A stretch of DNA of 64,000 bases from Octopus sinensis (GCF_006345805.1 NC_043014.1:20212001-20276000), one strand, 5' to 3'. Positions 1-15,273 are shown, counted from the first letter of the stretch. Numbers and translations are program-made. The notes: generated by a model from the letters alone, not told the origin.

Positions 1-143
1 TGTACTCTTTCGCCACAACTTTCTCTCATTCTTCTGTTGGCCTGCTAGCTTAGCCAGCAAGATGGCGTCATTTGAAGGCTAAAACAATGTGACCGGCGAT
101 GTGTAGCCACATCTGATAGCCTGGTCGGTTCGCGGTGATCACG
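1..143 (+). mobile_element. SINE family C, 3' part (truncated by the window edge)
   Basis: gtactctttcgccacaactttctctca core shared with the 28545 and 57784 copies. Confidence 0.7.
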
Positions 144-214
144 ATGATATATATATATAATATATATATATTATATATATATATATATATTATATACGCA
201 CCCATAGAAACATA

Positions 215-432
215 CATATTGGCTTCAAATTTTGGCACAAGGCTAGAAATGTCGGGTGGTGGGCTAAGACGATTACACAGACCCTACTTAACAGGTGCTT
301 CATTTATGGATCCCAAAAGGTTGAAAATCAAAGACGACTTTAGTGGCATTTGAACTTAGAAAGTAATGTCTGAAGAAATGCCGCTAACAATTTTGTCTGG
401 CGTGCTTACAATTCTGCCAGCTCACCGCATTA
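215..432 (-). mobile_element. tRNA-derived SINE, family B (diverged)
   Basis: Ends ttctgccagctcaccgc, the reverse complement of the family B head. Confidence 0.7.
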
Positions 433-1068
433 GTATACATATTAATGTCTACAGTCTTGCATAAAACAACAAAGCATTTTCTGTTATATTTAAATACAGG
501 GTTGCAATAATTTTCTTTACTTTTCTTCTTTCTATTTTTTCTTCTACGAGGAAACGACAGACGGTGGTTTCCATGTTTCATCTCATTTGCCTTCAACAAA
601 CTAAAAATTACTTTAGTTTTAAAATTTAAATTATTTTTGGAATCATATTGTGAGTGGATCATAGAGTTTGCAAATGGGGTGTGATTTAATAGTGTATACT
701 TGCGGCATAAGAATAAAGCATCTTCATGAACAGATTCATTTCATGAGCAGAAATCAGATGTGAAATCCTATCAGACCCGCCAAACCACTCACATACACTA
801 AATATGTCTGTTAAGGCAGATTTAAAAAGGTACGTGCGACTGGAAGAATTAAAAAATAATGAAAACATATAAGAAGTGAGAGAATCTAAAAGCCAGATAG
901 AAGAATATTTTATTAGCCTTAGAGAGAGATGAAGAAATCTTTCTCTCACTCTTCTGTTGAGGTCTTAAATATGTTGACAATTTAATGGCACTGTAGACTC
1001 TATGAACATGAACTGGGCAAGAAATAGGCTGGTACAATACAACAAACTTCAACGTAGGCAGACAAGGA

Positions 1069-1340
<272 letters not shown>

Positions 1341-1680
1341 CTGTCACGTTTATTCACATACAGAGAAAATACTGTCTAAATTTATGGAAGTATATGAATA
1401 TTTATTAATATCCGGGTTCAATATATGTCTATGTACATACATATAAGAATCTAACTCCCGAAATTTCTGGATTCTTTTTATTTTGTATATTTTTCATTTC
1501 GTGGTGTTCTCATCCATGTTTTTCCAAATAAACAAATACTTGACTTAATAGGATCCGCGGAAGCTATAAGGTGATGCACATGCACTCTGCTATAAGTGCA
1601 TTGCATCATATATCAGAAACAGCGGTAAGCCCTGTAAGGCTCTCTCTCTATCTATATATATATATATACACACACATATA

Positions 1681-2040
1681 GGCGCAGGAGTGGCTGTGTG
1701 GTGTAAGAAGTTTGCTTCCCTACCACATAGTTCCGAGTTCAGACCCACTGTGTGGTATCTTGAGCAAGTGCCTTCTACTATAGCTTCAGTTCGACCAAAG
1801 CCTTGAGTGGACTTGGTAAACGAAAATTGAAAGAAGCCCCTCATATACATATATGTATTTGTGTGACTGTGTTTGTCCCGCTACCATTGGTGTGTTGATG
1901 GACCTGTAGTTTAGCGGCTCGACTAAAGAGACCGATAGAATAAGTACCAGGAAAAAAATAAGTCCTGGGGTCGATATATTCGACTATAGGTGGTGTTCCA
2001 GCATGGCCGCAGCCAATATGAATGAAACAACTAAAATAAT
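1681..2040 (+). mobile_element. tRNA-derived SINE, family A (full length, diverged)
   Basis: ggcgcaggagtggctgtgtgg head, gttccgagttcagacccac B-box region, internal TA/TG repeat, ccagcatggccgcag..gaaacaa tail. Confidence 0.85.
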
Positions 2041-2131
2041 AAAATAATATATGCACACACAAATATATCTATGTGCGCGTGTGTGTGTATACTCTCAGTT
2101 GGTTTGGTAGATGGAAACTGAAAGAAGCATA

Positions 2132-2200
<69 letters not shown>

Positions 2201-3120
2201 TGTGTGTTTGTCTGTCAGCCTGTTCCCTCTCTACCTGAAACTGGCTTGTCCCAGGTAGAGAGGGAACAGAACATACCAGAAACATACCAGTTCAGTAAAA
2301 AGGAGAGAGAATAAATATCAGAATTTAATGTATGTATGTATATATGAACATAGAAAATATATATAATTATATAATATCAATGTATGTGCCTGTATCTGTG
2401 TATATACGCACACACAAACACGCTTACAATTTTATGTATAAATATGTGAGTGTCTATATGTATGCATATGTATGTAGATGTATAAATGTTAACTTATAAC
2501 GATTTATATATAATCGAAGTACGTATCCAACCGCAAGTGATGATATATTAAGCATCAAATAGTAATATCCCGCAATATCTACAAAGCCAATCCTTGAAAC
2601 TAAACCTCTTGTTCCATTCAAGATATGCATGGATGGGACTTTTCAAAACAAAGTACAGAAATTGACCGCTCTTTGATTTGAATTATAACTTCAAGCACTT
2701 GTGTTTAGAGACATGCATAAAAGAGTACAAAGAATGATACAAAACCAATTCTTATTTTCTGACATCAAATATAACCAGCCTAAGTTAATAAAGCTAATGC
2801 CATCTATCCGATCAGAACAGTGTCTTCCTTCTTTTCCTTCACTGCCCTTTAAACGTTCGCCTTTTCTTTTCCATCTTCTCTATTTCTTCCACTCTTCTAC
2901 TTCACCTTCTTTCCCTCTGCAACTCTATATTTATGATCACCCACGTAAGTTATCCATAAAGATATATCTTTGTATATTACGATAATACATTACACAACCA
3001 AAGCTACACTGTAACCACAAAGCCTTCCTCACAAGATGAACGAAAAAACAAATACTTGGAAACCAGTCTGAAAACAGTAACTGGGCGGAAGCTACCATTT
3101 TCTTTGAAAGGATAATACAA

Positions 3121-3241
3121 AGAAGAAGAAGAAGAAGAAGAAGAAGAAGAAGAAGAAGAAGAAGAAGAAGAAGAAGAAGAAGAAGAAGAAGAAGAAGAAG
3201 AAGAAGAAGAAGAAGAAGAAGAAGAAGAAGAAGAAGAAGAA
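3121..3241 (+). repeat. (GAA)n microsatellite
   Basis: Direct reading. Confidence 0.98.
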
Positions 3242-3544
3242 ATAGTATTGCTATGTGGGTCTGCTTATATATGCTTAAATCGCATACAGACAGCACTACA
3301 ACATCACTCACACAAACACATACACGCTTATAAACACATTCACGCGCATTTTTTGCGTGATTGCGCAGGTGTAAGTAAATTTAATCCCGTTTTATCTAAC
3401 ACACTGAAAGACAGATGGGTACCACACAAAGTTTTCTACATAGACTGCTATACACACATTTAAAAAGCTCCTACAGGAAGTTCTAGGCAACGACAAGGCA
3501 CATGGCGGTAAGTAAAAAGGAATGTAATATTATAGGTGTAAAGG

Positions 3545-3760
3545 CAGAAAGCTGTCAGAATCAGTTGCACGCTGGGCAAAATGCTTAGCATCATTTCATT
3601 CACCTTTACGTTCTGAGTTCAAATTCCACCAGATCGAATCTGTCTTTTATCTTTTCGAAGTTGATAAAATAAGAACCAGTCAAGCACTGCGGTCGATATA
3701 ATCGAATAACCCCACCTCCGAAATTGCTGGCCTTGTGCCAAAATTTTAAATCAGTATTAC
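3545..3760 (+). mobile_element. SINE family B
   Basis: gttctgagttcaaattcc..gataaaataagaaccag..gctggccttgtgccaaaattt. Confidence 0.75.
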
Positions 3761-4857
3761 GTGTGTGAGAGAAAATCAGATGGATTCACTGAGAGGAACA
3801 TGATCAGATAGCTATACACATTATTAAAAAGCCATAACAGGTGTAGGGTTCTACGTGAGGGTTAACATTGTATGTATGTGTATGCACGCACGTGTATTTA
3901 TTGAACGCAAAATATTATTATCCTCCTTACATAAAGAGCGACGTGTGGAGCAAAGTTAGGGAGATTCGCCTTTTTAACTCACTGTCGTTGTTCCACACAG
4001 CGACACATGCCCACGCAGTATCAATGATGATACAAAATATTTGCCCTTGCCCAACAGACTGACAGAGAGACAGGCAGGCAGCGATATAGGCCTATAAAGA
4101 GAGGCATAGAGAAAGAAAGAGAGAGATAAGAGAGACATTGCTACACACAGACAAGTGGACTGTTTCACTCTACACGACGACGCCACCACGCACACATTCA
4201 CACAGAATGTGTGTGTATAATTAAAAGACAAGGTTGCAATTACCAGGATAACACAGGAAGACAAATTGACAGTAAGACATGGGAAAAAGAGAGGAAAGAG
4301 AAGAAAGAGAAAGATAGGTGGGTAATACACTATCTGTCACACACATTCCTACAGAGAGTTTATGCAAAATAGCAATACACACAAACTGAGTGTGTACACA
4401 ATCAAACATAGAACAAAACAAGCAGTATGATTTCCTAACGAGAGACAACTGACTTCTGCGGTAGTTTAATACAGAGGAATGCGGCAAAAAATATCACCGT
4501 TGTTGACGGGGATGTATAAAAAGGATAAGGAACGACAGGTAATGTCGTGGCTGACGTACCAAGACAAAAATTTACTGTTATCGTTGCTGGTATTGTTTGT
4601 TCATAATACTACTCTGCCACTCAACAGGTACGCATCATGCGGTCTGTTATACATGAGTTAGAGGTGCAGAAAACAAGCGCCTAGCGTAACAGCGGTGGAG
4701 TGTCGGAGTGTAAGTACTGTAACTTAAAGAGTATCACTTCTGAGTGTCTGGTCTGTATGCACGGACACAACCGCGCACACACACACACGGACACACAATA
4801 TATATGCATGTATAGATTATACATATACAAATGCATATGTATATATATATATTATGA

Positions 4858-4909
<52 letters not shown>

Positions 4910-5175
4910 ACAAATATAAATATGTACATATATATCTATATAAATATATCTATATAAAAGTCAGCATATTTTTAAACATATACCACACACCCATACACAC
5001 AAGCCAATACACACACATACACGCCCATATATAGGTGTAAGTATGTATTTATATATACAAATACACACCCACACATATATATATTTATACATACATCATA
5101 CATACATACACACACACACACTGACACACACACCACACACACCAACCACACACACACACACACACACACACACCC

Positions 5176-5208
<33 letters not shown>

Positions 5209-5739
5209 AGTAGTTAGTAGCCACTCTCAATTATTGAAATAAATTTTATACAATACGTAAATCGCCCCGGCGACACAAATGAAATGTGTGTAGGTGTGTG
5301 TATGTATGTTTGTACATAAATGAATATGTATATGAATCTTAAGTAAATATGGGTATTTTCATATCTGTATATTTATGCGTACATAAATTTGTACATCAAC
5401 CTACATATACACACATATACATCTGTCTACTTAGATTACTGAACAGATGTACACACACACACGCGCACAAACAAACACACACATATAAATCTTATATAAA
5501 TTATATAGATTATATAATTTATGTATTTATATATGTTACCATTATGTGTACATATACAGAAAGAAAGAAAAAAAGTATTACTGTTTGTTTTAATGTTCAG
5601 ATATATGGGGAAACATTTCATTAAAGTAATGGGTTACTTTATACTTTAGTAGAGTAGAATTTTTCTTTTTCTTGAACGATAGTAAGATTGACAGTTACTT
5701 AGAAGTACCGGCCATTCAAACCGTCTCCGGACTGCATGA

Positions 5740-6285
<546 letters not shown>

Positions 6286-7177
6286 AAGAGCAATGTAGTG
6301 TAGTCATTTCGCTTTACAACCACGTGGCATTGAGTTCAGTACCAGCGTGTGCTATCACGCTTCATGTTTTCAATTGTAGTTATATGCGAATGCCTTTTTG
6401 CATTGAATTAGATGAAAACTGTGCGGAAGCCTGCTGTGTACATATGCATGTGTGTGTGTGTGTGTGTGTATGCGTGCGTTTGTGCGCTCGCGCATGTGCG
6501 AATGCTATGCCTTATGGCGGTTTTTGTGAGTGGTGAGTGCGCTCGTCTCTTTACTCTTTGATAACCCTTGAAAGTTCATGCTATTTTGTTTACGCCCATG
6601 AACTTAACGGTTCGTCTAAAACATTCCTGGTGATTAAGTTACAAAATTAGAACACTTATTTGTGCCAGTGTGTCAAGTTGGTGTCCCAGAATGTCCGACA
6701 GGAAATGGCTGGAATTTATATAAGGATCACACACACACATATATATGTGTGTGTGTGGGGGGGGCTATATGCGTATATTATTTTTCGTGATTATATGTGT
6801 GCATATATATATATATATATATATGCATGTATGTATATATATGTATATACGTATGTATGTATATATATGTATAGTATAATATATATATTTATGTATGCAT
6901 GTATGTATATATATATGTGTGTATGTGTTTCTGTGTACTCCAATATTTATATGTCTGTGAGTGTGTGTGTGTATGTATATATGTATACTTATGGGTGTAT
7001 ATGTGTATATTTATTTATATATGTATGTGTGTGTGTGTGTATATGTATGAATGTATACTTAGGGGGGTGTATATATATGTATATATATTTGTATATATAT
7101 GTGTGTATATTTGTGTGTGTGTGTGTATTGGTATTTATATAGAGAGAGATGTGTGTGATTGTGTATGTGTCTCTTAC

Positions 7178-7380
7178 CTGATGGTGACACAACAGTTACC
7201 TAATCTGTTCATGGATAAACTGTGTCCAGCGTGGTAACGTTTAGACTTTTAAGTTCCGTGCGTGGTTTTCGTTGTGGTTTGGCCTGTTTTCATATGTGAA
7301 ACTATGTAGTGGTGGGGGTGGGTGTGATCGGAGAAGCAGAGAAGGTTGGAAGGCGGGGCCGATCGGTCACGTGATGCAAT
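7178..7380 (-). promoter_or_regulatory. Possible promoter and first exon of a minus-strand gene (weak)
   Basis: GC box ggcggggc and gtcacgtgat E-box at about 7352-7375. Minus-strand ATG at 7212 gives MNRLGNCCVTI followed by a strong donor CAG|GTAAGA at 7178/7177. No downstream exon identified. Confidence 0.25.
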
Positions 7381-8998
7381 GGTGAATGATAGCGATCATG
7401 GTGGTGCTGATGCTTGTCGTGGTGGCGGTAGTGGTTTTTGATGAGAGGAGCGGTGGTGTCGGTGCTTGCTGTTTTGGTTGAGGTAATGATGGCAGTGGTT
7501 TTTGTTGTTGTTGTTTGGTGGGTGGTGGTGGTGGTGGTGGTGGTGGTGATGGTGATGGTGATGGTGGTGGTGTCGGTAATCGTAGTGATAATCAGTGACG
7601 ACGTAGTGAAAAGTCGGTGTCGGTAATGTTTTAATGTTGTTGTTGCTGTTGCTGTTGTTCGTTATGAGAGCGGTGGACGTGATGCGTAGGGCATTAGCGA
7701 TAGGGAGGGCGGTGGCTTACGTAGCTTCTGCTGCTGTTGTTGTTGTTGTTGCTGTTGAGGTGGAAGTGGCGGATGTGATGGCGGTAGTGGTTGTTGTCGT
7801 GTTAGCAGTGAAGGTGGTGGCGCCGGTGGAAGGTGGCGGTGATAGTTGCGTTTGAAATATTTCCGAAGAAATTGGAGACAGAGAGAGATAGAAACAGAAG
7901 GAGAGACTGATAGAGAGAAAGATCACAAGAGCGAGGGAGATGGAGAAGGAGAGAGCGGGAGAGAGCGCGAAAGAAGGAAAGATCAGAAGAGAGAGAGGGG
8001 GGAGAAAGAGAAAGAAAGAGAGCCGAAGAGCAAAAGAGCGTAAGAGAGAAAGAGAGGGAGAGAGGGAAGAGAAAGGGAGAGTCTAAGAGCGAGAGAGAGA
8101 TAGGGAAGGAGAGCGAGAGAGAAAGAGAGAAAATGAGAGCGAAAGCAAGAGCACAAGAGCACGAGAGAGGGAGAAAAGGGAGAGTGAGGGAGAGGGAAAA
8201 ACGAAAAAAATAAAGGTAGGGAGAGAAGAGAGACGTAGGTACAGGTAGTTAAAAACAGCGAATTAAAAAGTCAGCTCTTGCGTGCGTGTCGATGTGTATG
8301 AGTGTGCCTGTATGTGTAAGCATGTGCTTGGTTGCGCGCTCGCGCGTCTGCGTGCTTCTTCCAGTGTGTGTTGCATGTGGAATCAAAACTACGTTTATGT
8401 CTGTGTGTTTGCGTGAGGTTTCGACTGTTAAACCGATTCGGTTGCTTTTCCTATATTTAAAGAAGTGCGATTATGTTCATCTCTCTATATGTCTTTATTT
8501 CACCCTCTCTCTCTCGCTCCCTGCCTCTCCCTCTGACTCTCTCTCGCTCGCTTTCTCTCTTCACACACGCACGCGTGCACAAAGAATGATTAACATACAC
8601 ACACATCAGAAACAGAACTCAATACGCAAAAAGGGCATATTTCTGAGTATCAGAGGAAGCTGCGTAAGAGGGTCAAGGACCAATAATTCTATCTTATGAA
8701 TGTATACGTATCCTATATGTGTGAGTATATATACATACGTAGATACATACATACATATACATATATATACATAAATACAATTATATATATATATATAATA
8801 TATATTATATATATATATATACTCCATTCAATATATATACGTATATATATATATACACAAATACATACACATACATATATATGTACTTATATATACAAAT
8901 ATATAACAAAATATACACATTATATATGTATACATGCACATACACACACGCGCACACATATGCAGATGTAATGTTATATATAAATATTAATATATATA

Positions 8999-9065
<67 letters not shown>

Positions 9066-9080
9066 CTATATTATATTAAT

Positions 9081-9164
<84 letters not shown>

Positions 9165-9225
9165 CGGATAGATAGATAGAGATACAGAATATATACTACA
9201 CATATATATATATACAAATACCAAT

Positions 9226-9264
<39 letters not shown>

Positions 9265-9299
9265 TTATATATATATATATATATAATCATTTGCCTATT

Positions 9300-9480
9300 A
9301 CTGGTATCTGGCAGTGGACTACGTCTTGCAGATTTAGTCGAACAAATTGACCCCAGTACTTATTTTTTAAGCCTTATACTCATTCCATCGAACCCTCTTT
9401 ACCAAACCACTAATTCACGGTGCCGTAAACAAACCAATGCTGGCCGTCAGGCGCTCATGGCGTACAAACAAGCCCATACA
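9300..9480 (-). mobile_element. SINE family A 3' fragment (diverged)
   Basis: tttagtcgaacaaattgaccccagtacttatt..ccaaaccactaa. Confidence 0.6.
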
Positions 9481-9504
9481 CTCAAACAGATAGATGTATA
9501 ATTG

Positions 9505-9527
9505 TGCAAATAGATAGACAGACAGGC

Positions 9528-9616
<89 letters not shown>

Positions 9617-9679
9617 TACAGACAGGCAGCAGATAGATAGATAGATAGATAAATAGATAGCTAGATAGATAGATAGATT

Positions 9680-9728
<49 letters not shown>

Positions 9729-9790
9729 TTAGATAAATAGATAGATAGATAGATAGATAGATAGAAGATAGTAGATAGATAGATATAGAT

Positions 9791-9840
<50 letters not shown>

Positions 9841-9862
9841 CAGACAGAAGATAGATAGATAG

Positions 9863-9896
<34 letters not shown>

Positions 9897-9957
9897 TAGA
9901 TAGATAGATAGATAGGATAGATAGACAGATAATAGACAGACAGATAGATAGATAGAT

Positions 9958-10017
<60 letters not shown>

Positions 10018-10037
10018 GATAGATAGATAGATAGATC
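9505..10037 (+). repeat. (GATA)n array of about 530 bp
   Basis: Direct reading. Confidence 0.97.
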
Positions 10038-10472
10038 TGTTATATCTCTGTGATGTGTGATTTTTTGATTAGTTTCAACATGAGCGAGTGAGAGCGATAG
10101 TTTTCGATGTGCATGTTATTCGATTTAAACAAATTTGCGTGGGAGTCTCTCGTAATGGAAAATTATGCTTATATATGTGTCCGTGTGTATGTGCGTGAAC
10201 ACATTCGAATCGATTAATTGTACCGATAATGTATGTATGCATGTATGTATGTGTGTATGTATGTATGTATGTATGTATGTATGTATGTATGTATGTATGT
10301 TTGTATGTATGTATGTATATATATATATGTGTGTGGTGTGTGTGTGTGTATGTACATGTGTTCATACTTAAATACAGCATATACATTTGTGAATATATAT
10401 GTATGTATCTAAGATGTATATATACATCTGTATATATACACACATATATATATATACATATACATACATACA

Positions 10473-10853
10473 TGGCTGTGTGGTAAGTAGCTTGCTTACC
10501 AACCACATGGTTTTGGGTTCAGTTCCACTGCGTGACATCTTGGACAAGTGTATTCTATTCTAGCCTTAAAGTGACCGAAGCCTTATGAGTGGATTTGGTA
10601 GACGGAAATGTATGTGTGTGTGTGTGTGTGTTTGTCTGTGTTTGTGTTTGTCTATGTTTTCCCCCACCCAACATCGCTTGACAACCGATGCTGGTGTGTT
10701 TACGTCCCGGTAACCTAGCGGTTGGCCAAAAAAGGCCGATAGAATAAGTACTAGGCTTACAAAAGGTAAGTCCTGGTGTCGACTTGCTCGACTAAAGGCG
10801 GTGTTCTAGCATGGCCGCAGTCAAATGACTGAAACAAGTAAAATAGTAAAAGA

Positions 10854-10855
<2 letters not shown>
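10473..10855 (+). mobile_element. SINE family A (full length)
   Basis: Matches the other family A copies end to end. Confidence 0.9.
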
Positions 10856-10920
<65 letters not shown>

Positions 10921-10981
10921 TAGATAGATAGATATAGATATAATTATATACATACTATATACAAACATGTATACATGCAAT

Positions 10982-11059
<78 letters not shown>

Positions 11060-11062
<3 letters not shown>

Positions 11063-11430
11063 GTAAAGTATAGAAGCCATCTTATCATGGCTTACTGTTC
11101 GTTTTTCGACATCAGTGGCAGACGCCATTAGAAAAACTTATATCTATTTGCAAAGGAGCCTTCACTTTCATCGCTACCTGGTGGTTACCGCCCGTTGACG
11201 AGGACAACCATCCCGAAACTAGTTCGAGCGTATCACTCAGGCTTGCGAGGAAGGGATGACCTCCCTTTGCAAATACTCCAAAGACACAGATATTGTGTTT
11301 AGAGCCAGCTAGAGACGAAGATCTCTTGGGGCTATAAAGCTACAGTAACACCCCCTCCCCAATGTGGTTAGCCATGATAAGATGGCTTCTATACTTTACA
11401 TTATCGAGCGATTACTGTTTCAATCTCATT
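11060..11430 (+). mobile_element. (TA)n-embedded pLTR-like element with a degenerate HHR
   Basis: 33-nt perfect inverted repeat 11060-11092 / 11370-11402. HHR-like cgcccg-TTGACGA-gga-caacca-tcc-c-GAAACTAGTT-cgagcg at 11189-11230. Homologous to 26818-27341. Confidence 0.6.
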
Positions 11431-11446
11431 CTGAGATTTAATTATG

Positions 11447-11478
<32 letters not shown>

Positions 11479-11484
11479 GTATAT

Positions 11485-11620
11485 ATAGCCGCAGGCGTGT
11501 CTGTGCTGTAAGATGCTTTCCTCCCTACCATACTGTTCCGGTTTCAGTCCCACTACCTGAAACTTTGGGTATATGTCTTCTGAGTGAATTTAGTAGAGGG
11601 AAACTGAAAGAAGCCCGTCA
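11485..11620 (+). mobile_element. SINE family A 5' half
   Basis: gccgcaggcgtgtctgtgc..ttcagtccc..ggaaactgaaagaagcccgtc. Confidence 0.7.
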
Positions 11621-12829
11621 TATATATATATATATTTGTTCATATATATATATTGCATACAGAGTTACGAAATCGTTTTGCACGGACTTGTTCAGTGTCC
11701 TGGCATTATTGAACACGTGCTGTCGCGTGTGCGAGGGACTCGTCTGTTGGTCAAGTACATAGTGATCATTGCCCCACCACCCTCTTTTAATCGGACAGGC
11801 AATGCAGTTTTCTTTCGCTTGGTGGCTGTGGCGAAAGAGGTTGTGTGGTGCACGGGGCTGAAAAGGTATCATTGATTTCTTGAGGTTTCATTTGTAAAGG
11901 AAAGTGAGGGTAAACAGGAAAGTGGTGTCCTGGGATGAGTTTATTGAAAGGTGGATGAATGTTGCGAAAGTGTCATGAATGGATGATACCTCTCTAAGTG
12001 TCAACCCTTGAGTCGAAGAAAGGGAATTGTAAGGGGAACTTGCTCTTGGTATTGAAGAGATCTCGGACAATGGGTTTCCTACATCACCCCTGGAGATCAT
12101 CCTTGCTCATGAGAGCTACATCTCTGTCATTCACCACTTTTCACCACTTTTCATTTAACTATGTATATTTCATTTCCTTTTCATTGTATACTCTGTATAC
12201 TTACCCCCCCCCACACACACACACATACCTTTTTCTTTATTATTTTATCATTCACTTTGTTTCTGTCTTTGTATTGTCCACCTCATCCATGTTGGAAAAT
12301 AAATGAAATTATTATCTTCATCATCATCATAATCATCATCATTATTTTTATTGCTATTATTATTGTTGTTGTTCTTGTTTTTGTTGTTGTTGTTATTCAG
12401 TGTCAGATAGACCTAATGAGGTCTTCGCTCTAGAAACCTTAATGATACTTTGCTAAATATTTTTCACCAAACGCGTTTACATGGGCGACTGCTGGTCTTC
12501 CATAAACAATCTTGCCTGGACTTGTACATAGGAGGGGAACTTTCTAGATGCAATTCCATGATCATTCATGAACATTTACCTTTATATGTAATAAATCCAA
12601 CCACACAAATGAACATGATAAAAAAAAAACATCATACCGTATCTTTCAAAATTTTTTCGAACATAGTGTTGAAAACCTCATTAAGTGTTCGGATTCATTC
12701 TAAGTTCGTTTTAGTACCAACTGATGCCGTGCCCTATGCCATTCAGAAATTCTACCATAGTTTTCCTCTCATTCACATAGTTCCGAAGTGGGTTTTGTCC
12801 TACGTGGGAGGACCTTTCTATTATATTTT

Positions 12830-13240
12830 ACCTGTTTCAGTCTTATGACTGTAGCCATGCTGAAGCACCGCCCTGAAGGCTTTTAGTCCAATGAATCGAC
12901 GCAAGTATTCTTTCATTTAAAACCTTGCACATATTCTATCTGTTATTTTTTCCGGAACTGCTAAGTTGCGGGGAGGTAAACAAATCAACACCGTTCGTCA
13001 AGCAATGATGGAGAACAAACTCTCGCACAGATATAAGTATATTTTAACATTTACTTGTTTCAGTCATTAGACTTCAGCGGCATGCTTCTTTCAATTTCCA
13101 TCCACTAAATCCACTCACAATGGTTTTGATCGGCTTGGGGCCATAGCAGAATAGACTTGCCCAGGGTGCCAAGCAGTGGTACTGAGCCCAAGACCACTAT
13201 GGGGTTGAGAAGCAAACTTTTTAAAATACCGTCACTCCAG
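12830..13240 (-). mobile_element. SINE family A (diverged)
   Basis: Reverse-complement match to the family A tail and head. Confidence 0.75.
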
Positions 13241-13716
13241 CATCTGCAATATTTAAAAAATATCTAACATATGGACACAAGATAAAGAGAACCAATATGC
13301 AAGTCTCACTACACAAAGATTTGATCTCAGAACATAAAGTGATTATAAGATACGGTAAGACATCATTCTATACAACGTTGTAACAGTTCCGCCATTTTAA
13401 TGCTCCAATATCAATATTGCTGTGTTATTGCTACTGCAAGCAAGTGGTCATGTGATTATATATAAAGCGGTTGCATTATGAAGATTTTACGTGGTCAGCA
13501 GGAAAGAGAGAGAGGGAGAGAGCGAGAGAGTGAAGACTGACAGACAGAAAGACAGAGACAGACAGAGAGAGAGAGAGAGAGAACAATTATTATGTTTACT
13601 TAGTATGAAATAAGTCTTGGCCTCTTTAAAATGTACTTCAATTCTCTCAGACAATTTACATACATCTGAAGGTTTCTCACTGAAATTTTTAGAATTACAT
13701 TTGTTTCATATATATG

Positions 13717-13798
<82 letters not shown>

Positions 13799-13812
13799 TA
13801 TATATAATATAT

Positions 13813-13895
<83 letters not shown>

Positions 13896-13900
<5 letters not shown>

Positions 13901-14121
13901 CTTTACTACCCACAAGGGGCTAAACACAGAGGAGACAAACAAGGACAGACAAACGGATTAAGTCGATTACATCGACCCCAGTGCGTAACTGGTACTTAAT
14001 TTATCGACCCCGGAAGGATGAAAGGCAAAGTCGACCTCGGCGGAATTTGAACTCGGAACGTAACGGCAGACGAAATACGGCAACGCATTTCGCCCGGCGT
14101 GCTAACGTTTCTGCCAGCTCG
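13896..14121 (-). mobile_element. SINE family B (near consensus)
   Basis: gtcgattacatcgaccccagtgcgtaactggtac..gtcgacctcggcggaatttgaactc..ctgccagctcg. Confidence 0.9.
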
Positions 14122-14881
14122 TATGTATGTATATATTGTATGTATATATGCATCTAACTACATCCTATCGATTTTACTTGCTTAACTGGGTTGCACCATC
14201 ACGAAGGACCACTTGAATTCTCCTCCATCTCCTCACCTACGTTACTGTATGTATTTCCTGGAACTGTACCAGTCTGTAGAGAATTGCTCTCTAGATTCCC
14301 TTGATTTTCAGCTAATTTTATTTATGTTTTTAGTCTCTTCAATGTAAATACGTTATAAATGACTTGATGACTTGCAGCTAACTGTACATCTTTTATTCTA
14401 TTTTGTTTACCATAACTCGACATATGCATTTCCGATAGTTAATTCTTATTTCTATGGAGCCTGTATTCCTTTTTTCAATGTCGAATGTTTCCACTCTGGT
14501 TTGGTCTGCGAGTGTACCCACATATATATCTGCGTACATATACATATGTATATATACGTATAAGCGTATATGTAAATAGGTATGTATTAATACATACACA
14601 TATACATGGTCGCCCGGTGATAACACAAGTAACGTAGCCATTCCCAGAAAACATGTGGCAAGACAACGAATTCAAATTGAGGATTAAGGAAGGAACGATG
14701 CATAGAGTTCACAGATTTAAGTTGTTATAATCATGCATAACAGTATTTCATCCTTTTAGATATCTTCAGCATGTTTTTACCTATAATTTATTAATAAGAT
14801 ATTACGAAGAGAGATGTGTTAGATACATTACATGAATGAAATTCTATGTATTTACGACATTTCTGTGTGATTATACTCATA

Positions 14882-14913
<32 letters not shown>

Positions 14914-14995
14914 GGTATTTATGTATGTATGTGTGTGTGTGCATACATGTAAATATTTGAATATACACATATATGCAAATATATACACATTTACC

Positions 14996-15089
<94 letters not shown>

Positions 15090-15226
15090 ATAGATATATA
15101 TATATATATATATATATAGATATATATATATATATATATATCTATATATATATATATAGCAATTAAGGACAACTTCTTAATAAGGAAAACTTAACGAGGT
15201 AGGTTCGTTTATTTATGATACGTCCA

Positions 15227-15273
15227 GGCTTGCTGATGAATACAGAGGTATGAAATCACAGGTGATACAAGTC
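15227..15273 (+). ncRNA. Type I hammerhead ribozyme
   Basis: ggcttg-CTGATGA-ATAC-agag-GTAT-GAA-ATCAC-ag-GTGAT-A^caagtc. Stem I 6 bp (one G-U), stem II 4 bp, stem III 5 bp, AUA triplet, predicted cut after 15267. Confidence 0.85.

Noticed and set aside
680-1060. Possible decayed LINE C-terminus
   Set aside because: No convincing motif in any frame.
4510-4545. TATAAAAAGG followed by CAG|GTAATG as a promoter or exon
   Set aside because: Such motifs are frequent in AT-rich DNA, and there is no supporting ORF or other element.
11660-12110. Possible Tx1/L1 LINE coding remnant on the minus strand (LTLRE.., LKEGGG)
   Set aside because: Similarity is too weak to call without a profile search.
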